Part shown: in pieces, positions 53,425 through 64,000 of the stretch | How the letters are laid out: every line of letters begins with the position of its first letter | Position numbering within the stretch: the first letter of the stretch is position 1 | From: the human T2T-CHM13v2.0 reference genome, Homo sapiens | Reading direction: 5' to 3' | DNA length: 64,000 nt | NCBI GenBank assembly: GCA_009914755.4 | Contig: CP086569.2 | Span: 18,432,001-18,496,000 of the forward strand | The notes under the pieces: model-generated | Told to the model about the DNA's origin: nothing | The model's input: only the letters and a program-made list of their open reading frames with translations | Databases searched by the model: none | Position numbers and translations under genes: made by a program

Positions 53425-53640
53425 GTCTCTCTTACTTTCTGAAACAGGGTCTTTCTCTGTCACTCAGGCTGGAGGGCAATGGCGTGATCATGGCTCACTG
53501 CAGCTTCGACATCCCAGAATCAAGCTATTCCTGCAATCTCAGCCACTTGGAAGGCTGAGATGGCAAGAACACCTGCGGGAGCCCAGGAAGGTTGAGGCTG
53601 TGATGAGCCGAGAATGCAATCTCACACTCCAACTTTTCAA
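53425..53640. mobile_element. Fused inverted Alu pair (antisense left part joined head-on to sense right-arm end)
   Basis: gtctttctctgtcactcaggctggagggcaatggcgtgatcatggctcactgcagcttcgacatcccag.. (antisense) then ..cacttggaaggctgagatggcaagaacacctgcgggagcccaggaaggttgaggctgtgatgagccgagaatgcaatctcacactccaac (sense). Confidence 0.7.
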
Positions 53641-53879
53641 AAAAAAGAAAAGAAGAATTAGAAGGAGAAGAAGTAAACATAAAACAACAGCAACTTCAGT
53701 GTGTAGAAAGGGGAGTAAGAAAAGTAAAAGGAAAAAGAAAAACAAAATGAAGAGCAGCTGAAAATACTGTGGAAACAGTTGGAGAGGAAGAAATGACGTG
53801 GTGAAAGAGCAGCCTCTAGTGGATGCAGGTGGTAGTGCTGCTGACCAGAGTTACCCGTTCTACCTTAACAATCCCAAGT

Positions 53880-54480
53880 TGACGGTCAAGTCCAGCGCTC
53901 GCCGATGACATCTTATGGACCCAGGGCTCGCGGAAGGACCCAGTTGGAACTTTATCACACCAAGCCGGCCCACCTTTGCTGCCATCTAACTCCGCCGACC
54001 TGCCCGCAGTTCCCCACTCTCCGCTGGTTGACCGGGGCAGCGGAGAGAGGAGGAAAGCACAAAGGCAGTGACTGGTTCATATCCCATCGCCGCGCGCCTG
54101 GGGTGGGGAGAGGGGCCGTGACCCCATCGGCCACCACTGGGCACGCGTGAACACTACTCGGACAGGAACCGCAGGGGCACACCCTCGGACAACCACTCCT
54201 GAGTCATTCTCACCAGGCTCGGTGAATCCAATCTCAGCCCCTGGAGGAGTTCCCAGCGGGGTGCGAGGAGGAGGTGGAATCGGAGAGGTGGAAGGAGGAG
54301 CAGGGGAGCCACCTCTACCTCAGCAACCCCTGGCGCGGCACCTTGGAAAGCCCGAGGGTGGGGACGTGAGCCTCCCAATGCACAGCGGGCGCCGATGAGC
54401 TCTCGCGAGAGACACCCACTGCGTGATCCGGGGCTCAGGGGTGGGTGGGCATGAGCGGGCCAGGGAAGAGGTTCTCGGGA
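53880..54480. promoter_or_regulatory. CpG-island-like GC-rich block (dense retained CpGs), function unknown
   Basis: Many CpGs, e.g. gctcgcggaagg, ctccgccgacctgcccgcag, catcgccgcgcgcctgggg, agcgggcgccgatgagctctcgcgagag, in contrast to the CpG-depleted surroundings. Confidence 0.4.
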
Positions 54481-54574
54481 ACAGGAGAAAGGAAGGAAGG
54501 TATATGTCAAGGGCTGAATTACACAGGACACACCACATCACACACCACATCACCAGGTCCTCCGCACACGGGTG

Positions 54575-55185
54575 CAGAGAGCCTTGTGTGGAGGTCTGAC
54601 TTTCAATAGATAGCAGCGAGGGAGCTGCTCTGCTCCATGGAAAACCCTGACCCAGAAGCAGGACGTCTGCGAATAGTTTAGCATCAGGTTCCCCACAAAC
54701 ACGTTATGTGATGGGTCAGGGGGTGACCGCCTTTCTGGCAGCAGCCCGTTTCCCAGGATGGGGGTTTCTCTGCACCGGATCCCGGTTTCCGGAGCACGGC
54801 AGGACATGCGCCCAGCGCGGGGCGGAGCGGCACACCGGAGGGGACTGCAGAAGACTGCCTACCCGAGGCCAACAAAGGTTCCGTGGCGCTGCCTTATCAT
54901 TCCTCATGGGCGGGATTCTTAGAGTCCTTCAGTCCTAATCCCGCTTATAGTAGCTTTACCCCATTGGCTCCTCAGACAAGGACATACACCAAATGTCTGA
55001 ACCTGTGATTTCTCTACTAATGAGCAGGATTACCATGGGAACAACACATGGGCAACAACACATGGGGAACACACGCAGTAAAACTAACCTGTCTCACATG
55101 GGTCTAACCATAATGCTTTCCAGGGCATGCGCACCGCTCTCAGGTGAATCCATTCCAGTCTGCCTTGTCCTTCGCAAAGAAAAGA
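54575..55185 (-). pseudogene. 28S rRNA 3'-terminal fragment (last about 600 nt of 28S), reverse orientation, heavily CpG-decayed (rDNA-derived relic)
   Basis: Plus-strand ggtctgactttcaatagatagcagcgagggagctgctctgctccatggaaaaccctgacccagaagcaggacgtctgcgaatagtttagcatcaggttccccacaaacacg...gcctttctggcagcagcccgtttcccaggatg...ggcgggattcttagagtccttcagtcctaatcccgcttatagtagctttaccccattggctcctcagacaaggacatacaccaaatgtctgaacctg...aaaactaacctgtctcac is the reverse complement of the 28S 3' end (..GTGAGACAGGTTAGTTTT...CAGGTTCAGACATTTGGTGTATGTGCTTGGCTGAGGAGCCAATGGGG...GGGGAACCTGGCGCTAAACCATTCGTAGACGACCTGCTTCTGGGTCGGGGTTTCGTACGTAGCAGAGCAGCTCCCTCGCTGCGATCTATTGAAAGTCAGCCC), with many CG to TG/CA changes. Confidence 0.8.
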
Positions 55186-55195
55186 GAGCTCTGCA

Positions 55196-55590
55196 GGGGC
55201 GGTGGCTCATGCCTGTAATCCCAGCAATTTGGGAGGTTGAGGAGGGCCGATCATCTGAGATCAGGAGTTCAAGATCAGCTTGGCCAACATAGTGAAACCC
55301 TGTCTCTATAAAAATACAAAAATTAGCCGGGCATGATGGCGGGTGCCTGTAATCCCAGCTACCCAGGAGGCTGAAGTGGGAGAATCGCTTGAACCCGGGG
55401 AGGCGGATGCCTCCCGCTTGAACCCGGCAGGCGCACATGCCACCATGCTGGGCTAATTTTTGTATTTTTAGTAGAAACAGGGTTTCACCATGTTGGCCAG
55501 GCTGGTTTTGAACTCCTGACCTCAAGCAATCTGCCTGCGTTAGCCTCCCAAAGTGTTGGGATTACAGGCGTGAGCCACCGCACCCAGCGT
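55196..55590. mobile_element. Fused inverted Alu pair: sense Alu (55196–55400, 3'-truncated) joined to antisense Alu (55400–55590) through a recombinant junction
   Basis: ggggcggtggctcatgcctgtaatcccagcaatttgggagg...ggagaatcgcttgaacccggggaggcgga | tgcctcccgcttgaacccggcaggcgcacatgccaccatgctgggctaatttttgtatttttagtagaaacagggtttcacc...gggattacaggcgtgagccaccgcacccagc. Confidence 0.8.
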
Positions 55591-55662
55591 ATGTGTATAG
55601 AGCTCCTCGAGAGGAAAGCCTCTATTATTACCATTGCAACAGTAGAAAAAGTAAAGCTTTTT

Positions 55663-55955
55663 TTTTTTCTTTTGAGTAAGAGTTTCACTCTTGTTGCCCA
55701 GAATGCAGTGCAATGGCCTGATCTCAGCTTACTGAAACCTCTGCCTCCCAGGTTCAAGCTATTCTCCGGCGTTGGCCTCTCAGGAAGGTGGGATTACAGG
55801 CATGTGCCACCACACCTGGCTAATTTTGTATTTTTAGGAGAGACAGAGTTTCACCATGTTGGTCAGGCTATTCTCGAACTCCTGACCTCAGGTGATACAC
55901 CTGCCTCGGTCTCCCAAAATGCTGGGATCACAGGCATGAGCCACTGTGTCTAGCT
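55663..55955 (-). mobile_element. Alu SINE, antisense
   Basis: T-run, then gagtaagagtttcactcttgttgcccagaatgcagtgcaatggc...gggatcacaggcatgagccactgtgtctagc. Confidence 0.9.
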
Positions 55956-55984
55956 TTTTTTTCTTTTCTTTTTTTTTGAAATAG

Positions 55985-56316
55985 TGTCTCCATCTATTTC
56001 CTAGGCTGGAACACAGGGACATAATCCTAGTTCACTGCAGCATCAAACTCCTAGAGCTCAAGCAATCCTCCAGTCTCAGCCTCCCAAGGGCTAGGATTAT
56101 AGGTGCACGCCACTACACCTAGGTATTTTTTGTTTTTTGTTTTTTTTCTTTTTCTACACAAAAATGTCTCAACATGGATTTTTTTTTTTTCTTTTTTGGC
56201 AGAGATGCTGTCTCACTATGTTGCCCAGGGTGGTCTCAAACTCCCCGCCTCAAACCATCCTTCCACCTAAGCCTCTATAAGTGCTAGGATTACAGGCATG
56301 AGCCACTGAACCCAGC
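55985..56316 (-). mobile_element. Two partial Alus, antisense (55985–56125 and 56198–56316)
   Basis: ..gtctccatctatttcctaggctggaacacagggacataatcctagttcactgcagc..ggattataggtgcacgccactacacctagg and ..gctgtctcactatgttgcccagggtggtctcaaactcc..ggattacaggcatgagccactgaacccagcc. Confidence 0.7.
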
Positions 56317-56365
56317 CCCAATAATTTTTATTTTATTTTATTTTATTTTATTTTATTTTTTTTTT

Positions 56366-56661
<296 letters not shown>

Positions 56662-57519
56662 TAAAGGCACCTAGTGTCACAAGAACAGATAGCTAAACTG
56701 TATCTGAAAAAGTGGCTCAAGTGGGGAAATTTTTGGCAGATTTGGGGAAACTTAGGGCAAATTTTAAACATGAGGCCTTTTGTCAGATCACCTACATTCT
56801 TTGGATTCAATGTGGGTTTGTCACAGATGCTTGGTGTGACAAATTGCATGGCTTCTACCACTTCATTTGATCAGCCTCCTATTGACTTTCAGCTAAGTGC
56901 TGCAGAATTGCTTCTCAGATTGTATCTTTCCGCAAGACAAAGCTATTTCACAGTCTCTAACTGTCCCATTTTGTGGCTGTTAATTTATACTTACATGTTT
57001 TTCAACTACTTATTCTGGTTTTCTGTTTATGAAAGCTTTAACCTGTGCTATTTTGAGGGAAATACTGATGCATATCTAAACTTTAAGAGTGTTTTTCACC
57101 CTGGCTGCAGACACTTGGTGAATAATTTTTCAGGTGATAGAAAAACCCATCATCATGAGAATGTAGCAACTTTTATTTTGCAGTAACTGTTAAAACTGTA
57201 GCTGTGGTGCTCAGTAAAATGGGACCTTTCCCTTGTAGGTGTTTGGGGAGGAGTGAAGTCCTGTCCTCCATTTTGTTAGTAACCTGCTTATGGGTGGGCC
57301 ATTATCACCCAGAAAGGAAAGGGATACCATGGTATGCAGTTACACGGAGCTGCAGCAAGAGCAAAAAAAAGAAATTCCCTCATGTCTCCAATGCAGAGCT
57401 GGCATTTATACCTCTAACCCAGGCAGGGCCCACAAATCTCTGGCAGCTGTGAGCACCTGTTTTGTTTCTGCCTTCTTCCAGTTGGCAATTTTGGCTTTTG
57501 GGTTTTGGGTTTTTTTGTT

Positions 57520-57830
57520 TTTTTCTTTTTTGAGACAGAGTCTCACTCTGTTGCCCAGTCTGGAGTGTAGTGTAGTGATCTGGGCTCACTTCAAGCTCTG
57601 TCTCCCGGGTTCACGCCATTATCCTGCCTCAGCCTCCTAAGTAGCTGGGACTATAGGCACTCACCACCACGCCCAGCTAATTTTTTTTTTTTTTTTTTTT
57701 TTTGTATTTTTAGTAGAGACGGGATTTCACCATGTTAGCCAGGATGATCTCAATCTTCTGACCTCATGATCCACCTGCCTCAGCCTCCCAAAGTGTTGGG
57801 ATTACAGGCGTGAGCCACTGCACCCAGCCT
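57520..57830 (-). mobile_element. Alu SINE, antisense, with an expanded internal T26 run
   Basis: tttgagacagagtctcactctgttgcccagtctggagtgtagtg...cccagctaa, then 26 T, then gtatttttagtagagacgggatttcacc...gggattacaggcgtgagccactgcacccagcc. Confidence 0.9.
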
Positions 57831-58128
57831 TTTTTTTTTTTTTTTTTAGACAGACTTTCACTTCGTCACCGGGCTGGAGTGCAGTGGTGTGATCTTGGCT
57901 CACTGCAGCCTCTGCCTCCTGGGTCCAAGTAATCCTCTTGTTTCAGCCTCCCAATTAGCTGGGATTAAGTTGCGCACCACCACAGACAGCTGATTTTTGT
58001 ATTTTTAGTAGAGATGGGGTTTTGCCGTGCTGCCCAGGCTAATCTCGACTTCGTGATCTCAAGTGATCCGCCCACCTCAGCCCACCTCAAAGTGCTGTGA
58101 CTACAGGTGTCAGTCACCTTGCCTGGTC
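57831..58128 (-). mobile_element. Alu SINE, antisense, adjacent to the previous Alu
   Basis: T18, then agacagactttcacttcgtcaccgggctggagtgcagtggtgtgatcttggctcactgcagcc...gctgtgactacaggtgtcagtcaccttgcctgg. Confidence 0.9.
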
Positions 58129-58477
58129 TGTTGACAATATGGGGGGCATGTAAAATATCTGCAGCCCTTTAGCCAGTAAAACACAGAAGACTGTAGTATG
58201 TGGCTTCTCCATTCTCCCTCTTTCTCTGCTCTCCTAAATATTAAAGGGTTCTCCTTTTGCCAAGCCCAGTGGCAAAGCCTCAGGAAGGGTGGAGGTATCA
58301 GAAGCATCCAAAGGGATCCCATCAAGTAGCTCTAAGTCACTCTCATTCACCCCATTGGAAGTTCCTGCCATCCTGTATGCCCTGGAAGCTTCCTAATGCA
58401 GGCAGATAATATCCTTGGTGTGCTGTTAGTGTGGAGACTCCCTCATCTTTGCTCTTCTGCTTGAGAAAAAAAACTGA

Positions 58478-58834
<357 letters not shown>

Positions 58835-59149
58835 TCATCACCTAACTTCTAAAGCTACTTCTCTGGATGAAATTCTGGGCACTTAGGAGTCAGCAGTGGT
58901 ATATTGAGTGTATGGCTCTTGCTCACAGGTGCTTCTTTTCTGTCCCATGGCAGGCAGCACAAAATGAAGGCTCCTGCAAAGCTAAGAGCTCCTTTTGCCC
59001 ACGGATCAGGAGCAAAGTTTGCAGCTACACTGTCGGCTGTGTTTGGATGTTAGCAGTTAGTTTAGCTTTGCGTCTTCAGAACGATTGTTCTTAGCTACTT
59101 TAAAAAAAAAAAAAAGAAGAAAATGAAAGAAAAGAAAACTTAAAATGTT

Positions 59150-59940
59150 CTTCATTGATCATTCAGGAGCATACTGTTTAATTTCCATGTAATTGTACAA
59201 TTTCAAAAGTTCGCCTTGTTGTTGACTTCTAGTTTTATTCCACTGTGGTCAGGAAAGATACTCAATATAATTTCAATAATTTTAAATTTGTTGAGACTTG
59301 TTTTGTGGCCTAACATATGGTAGAATAGACCAGAATAGGGAGAATATCTCTTGTGCTGATGAAGGAATGTGTTTTCTGCATCTGTTGGATGAAATGTTTT
59401 GTAAATATCTCTTTGTTAGCCTAAAATGTAGTTGCTTTTTTTGTTTTTCTTTGAGACAGAGTCTCTGCTGCCCAGGCTGGAGAGCAGTAGCATGATCTTG
59501 ACTCAGTGCAACCTCCAGCTCCCACGTTCAAGCAATTCTCATGCCTCAGCCTCCCAAGTAGCTGGAATTACAGATGCCCGCCACCACACCCAGCTAATTT
59601 TTGTACTTTTAGTAGAGACAGTGTTTTACCATGTTGGCCACGCTGGTCTCAAAATACACAAAAAATATATATATTTTTTCCTTTCTTCCCCTCTTAATTG
59701 TTCATCCTTGTAATTTGGTGGATTTGTGTAGTGATAAAGTTTGATTCTTGTCTCTTTCTCCTTTGTGTATGTGTTCTACCGTTGAGTTTTATACTTTTTT
59801 TGTGTGTTTTCTTGATAGTAATTATCATTTCACTTGCAGATGTGGGACTCCCTTGAGAATTTCTTGTAAAGCTGGTCTAGTGGTGATGAATTCTGTCAGT
59901 TTTTGCTTGTCTGAGACATTTCAGGCCTTTAGCTTCAGGA
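59150..59940 (-). mobile_element. Old L1 fragment, antisense (ORF2 N-terminal region), interrupted by a truncated antisense Alu at 59443–59655
   Basis: ..gttgacttctagttttattccactgtggtcaggaaagatactcaatataatttcaata.. and ..gtaaagctggtctagtggtgatgaattctgtcagtttttgcttgtctgagacatttcagg.. are typical antisense L1. The Alu: tttgagacagagtctctgctgcccaggctggagagcagtagcatgatcttgactcagtgcaacctcc... Confidence 0.6.
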
Positions 59941-62065
59941 ACTGATTCTAGTTCCCTGTCCTGTGGCGACAAATAGAAACAGATCCCTGGTACCATTCTT
60001 AGGTACAAAGCCAGCTAGATATGAGCAGATAAGAAAATCAAATCCTTCTATTTTGCCAGGGATTAATTCATTCCCAGGATTGTAAATATTACATTTCACT
60101 TTTCATCTCACAGAACCGTGAGACTGGAAGTTGAGCTGGGCAGCCTGCCCAGCAAGACATTATGATGTATGCAACACAATGAACTACTAAAGAAGTGTCT
60201 TTAAAGGTATTTACAGCACATAGCTTTTTTTTCTTTTAATTTTGCTGCTCTTTATTTGCAGTAGCAGGTAAGGAATTAAGAAAGCAAAAATAAGTGCTTT
60301 GACTAGGTCTTTTGCCTTTGAAAGTAGCATTCGTAAAATCCCCTCTTCTTTTTTATTCGTATAAACTTCACCCAATTCAATCTGCCCCTCCCCCCAGCCC
60401 ATCTGTGTTCACATGCTGTTCTTGCTGCTCTCAGTTTTTAAAAGCTTATTCCAAAATTACATGAAAGTAACCACATTTTGACAAAATCAGAATTCTGGTA
60501 GGAATGGCTTACCACAAGGCTGTTGAAAGACGCCCAGCAAAACTTTAGTACTTTTTATTTCAACCTCTCTCGGTTAAACCTACAATTTGGTAGTTGATAT
60601 TATTACCTCCCTTTGGCAGGCCTGTGTCTCTGCCTTGGAGAAATAACAAAGTCCAAAGTAGTCTTCTCATTCAAAGATGTGGCAAATGAAGGCTGTTTTG
60701 ATCTTTATGTATTAGCATTTGGGTTTTAATCTTTCTGGGGCTCCTGACAGACTATTCCTTTAAATTTATTATATAATTCTAAAATATTGGACACATTTGT
60801 TTCAAGCATCTGTCAATATCCTTACTATTTTCATTCCACTTCCCACTGCCCTCAATAGTCATTAGGTCCTACTGATTTTTATCTCCTAAGTATTTGTCAA
60901 ATCTGTCTTCTCTGTATGTATTGTTCCTTATATAACTGCATCTCCATTGTCACTGTGCTGCTTTGGACTATCTTTTCTTGTCTAGATCAGTGCCTGAATT
61001 ATATTATGAGCTTCGTAAAGTTGTATCAATGAATGAATGATTCATAATCTGGGCACTGCATTCTAACACTTAACTGAAAAAAAATCTTAGATCTATCTTC
61101 CATGTAAAAGCATATCTAAAATGCAAATCTTAATTTGATAATCTCCAGCTTAATAAAACTCTTAGATGGCTCCCAGACGTCCCCCAAACCATCTCTCATT
61201 TCACTGATCAAAAAAAATTTAAAATTTTAAAACTAAAAAAAAATTGAACACTTTATTGGTCAAAAAACAAAAACAAAAATGATCTCGGAGCGTACCTCAC
61301 TCACACCCCACCCTGCTCTGTTCCCCTCTCCCACCCCCAGCCTACAGGGACCATCCAATAACCCCTTCTTTGCTACATAACCCTTACCCTCCTTCTTCAA
61401 TACTCATACTTTCTCCTTAGAAACCTCCCCCCCACTTCCGGGCAACAGTAGATTCTTTCTTGCTTATGTTTTTTGTAATGACATCAGCCATTTAGAACTC
61501 ATGATGTGCCTAGGCCCCACTATCTGCCTCTCCACAGATCTTGCTCAGACAATTCTTCAGGATTTAGTCACAGATCCAAAGTAAGGAGCTAGAAGGGAGC
61601 TTCAGGCTTGGTTTTTTTGGGTTGAAGCTAGAAAGCTAATCTATGTTGAATGCAAAACAAACCAAGTAATAGCCAACCTATACATCCTAGGAATATCGAT
61701 TGCTTTTTATTTTTGCTCCCAGCCATTCTCTCCACAGGACTCTCTCCTTCTTTACATTTCTTTTAAACACAGTATATTAACACAACACTGTGTGAGAAAT
61801 GGGATTCAGAAAACCAAGATACAGGTCTCCTTCCGCTATGCTATGAGTCAGCCATGAAAACTCTCTGGGCCTCACTGACTGAATTGTAATATCTGACTTT
61901 AATGAGGATTATATTCATTGAACTCTGAGGTCCTGTCCATTTCTTACACCCTGATGCAAAGACCGCAGAGAACTTCTAACCCAGATGTTTTTAACTAGGC
62001 TTCTTGTATGTCTGGGAAGATGATGAAAGAACTTCAAGGGGATCACGAGCTCCTTAAATTCTATC

Positions 62066-62430
<365 letters not shown>

Positions 62431-62499
62431 TCAGATGGCTGCATCACCTTGGCCCACGGAGGGGGTTTTCTTTTCTTTTTTTCTCTTCCAAGGTAATGA

Positions 62500-62930
62500 T
62501 AGTCTATAGCTCACTGCTGCCTTGGCCGCCTGGGCTCAAGCAGTCATCCCACCTCAGCCTCCTGAGTAGCTAGGATAAAAAGCACACTCCACCCTGCCCA
62601 GTGAATTAAAAAAAAAAAAAATGAAGCTGGGCACAGTGGTTCATGCCGTGAATCCCAGAATTTTGAGTGGCCAAGTCAAGAAGACTGATTGGGTCCAGGA
62701 GTTCAAGAAGCTGAGAAATATACAGACCCCATTTCTACTAGTAAAAAAATAAAAAATAAAAACATTAGTTGGGCCCAGTGGCATTCACCTGTAGTGCCAG
62801 CCACTTATGAGTCTGAGGCAGAGGATTACTTGAACTGAGCAGTTCAAGGCTGCATTGAGCTATGATTGTGGCTTTGGACTGAGCCTTGGTGACACCACAA
62901 GACTCTGTCAAAAAAAAAAAAAAAAAAAGA
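62500..62930. mobile_element. Partial antisense Alu (62500–62600) followed by an old sense Alu (AluJ-like, 62627–62930) with poly(A)
   Basis: ..ctcactgctgccttggccgcctgggctcaagcagtcatcccacctcagcctcctgagtagctagg.. then gctgggcacagtggttcatgccgtgaatcccagaattttgagtggccaagtcaag...gacaccacaagactctgtc, then 20 A. Confidence 0.8.
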
Positions 62931-63104
62931 GGCTACAGGTAAGAAAGTACTTGGATAACACTAAAAAGTTAAACTCGTGACATTGGACCTTATGAAATGT
63001 GTGTTACCCAGAGCTGTTTATAGTATGATAGGTCCCTCCTAGATAGTATTCAAGGTTTAATACAGAAACAGAGCAAGACTCTGTTTCAGAAATAAAATAA
63101 AGTA

Positions 63105-63270
63105 AAATAGCTGGCCATCGTGGCTTGCACCTGCAGTACCAGCTGCTCAGGAGGTTGAGGCAGGAGGATGTCTTGAGCCCAGAGAGTTAGGGGCTACAGT
63201 GAGCTATGATCATGCCACTGTACTCCAGCCTACATGACAGAGGAAGACGCTGTCTCTAAAAAAAATGATA
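63105..63270 (+). mobile_element. Alu right-arm fragment
   Basis: ..gctggccatcgtggcttgcacctgcagtaccagctgctcaggaggttgaggcaggaggatgtcttgagcccagagagttaggggctacagtgagctatgatcatgccactgtactccagcctacatgacagaggaagacgctgtctc. Confidence 0.7.
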
Positions 63271-64000
63271 ACAAAAGTAACTAAAAAAGAACTCTGGGCC
63301 CCACCTGAGAGATTCATATTCATTTGCTTTATCACAGGGTCATGGAACCTGTCCCAGTATCCTAAAAGCCGCCTCAGTGAGTTAACAAAAGTACTGGTAT
63401 TGAAAGAGATGTCAACATGCTGTGACAAAGAGAAGTCTCCTCTGTGAGGCTGGGAAGTGGGGCCAAATGAGGTTTTTTTTTTTTTTTGAGGAGCTGATTT
63501 AGGACAACTAAAATGGTTGTCAGAGAGCACAAGAATCTAAGGAAGGCTTGAGACCATGAAACTGTGGTGGCCTCAGCTGGTGCTTCTGTGCGCTTTCTCC
63601 TCTCTCAGCATGGTGGAATCAGAAGCAGAGAAGGCAGATGGCGGGATGACTCAAAGTTCGGGTTTTATCAGAGAGGAGGAGTAGGAGGAGAGTGTGTAAG
63701 GCAGATCAAGGAGTGTTATTAAGGGGCTCAGGTCCTAGACCGTGGGCCTAGCAGGTAGGCCATGAGGGTCATGAGGGATGGGGAAGATGCATCGCAAAGG
63801 GCCCTGAGAACCAGGGGAATATGCAACACCAGGGGCCTGGCAGTTCCAGGAGAGTAGAAGGTCTAGCAAGAATGCCCATGCACCTGTGAAGGAGAGAAGC
63901 AAGGCTAGGAGGCTGCAGAGAGTGAATAATTTAGAGGTGAACTTTCTACTGGACAGCAAATCCCTCAATGCCATCCCAATGGAGAACTAAGATAAAAAAT

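Overview
This window is primate (almost certainly human) nuclear DNA, not prokaryotic. It is intergenic or heterochromatin-proximal, dense in retrotransposons and lacks convincing protein-coding exons. I recognise about 40 Alu copies by their canonical sequence, several LINE-1 (L1) elements and MaLR LTR retrotransposon elements. The L1s include an ancient near-full-length element (about 1668–12250) with nested insertions, three twin-primed 5'-inverted insertions, and one young L1PA element with a perfect 16-bp target-site duplication (TSD). There are no prokaryote-style genes, operons or CRISPR arrays. The ORF-track ORFs are either L1 ORF1/ORF2 remnants or stop-free runs in GC-rich repeats.

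The unusual part is 32018–41817. It holds two diverged tandem copies of a 5S rDNA repeat unit, about 1.9 kb apart. Each carries a 5S rRNA-like gene (32402–32517 and 34312–34430, roughly 85% identical to canonical 5S) with remnants of the upstream control element and a T-run. The second unit runs directly into a 6.9-kb CpG-rich tandem array of roughly 200-bp monomers (about 34 copies). The array has three internal orientation switches that create long near-palindromes. This block truncates an L1 at 32018.

Further on there is a CpG-decayed 28S rRNA 3'-end fragment in reverse orientation (54575–55185), next to a CpG-island-like block. There is also a cluster of fused and inverted Alu recombination products (52890–53640 and 55196–55590) and several short low-copy duplicated patches. 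All calls rest on recognising the sequence from memory. Family names for the satellite and the L1 subfamilies need RepeatMasker/Dfam confirmation.
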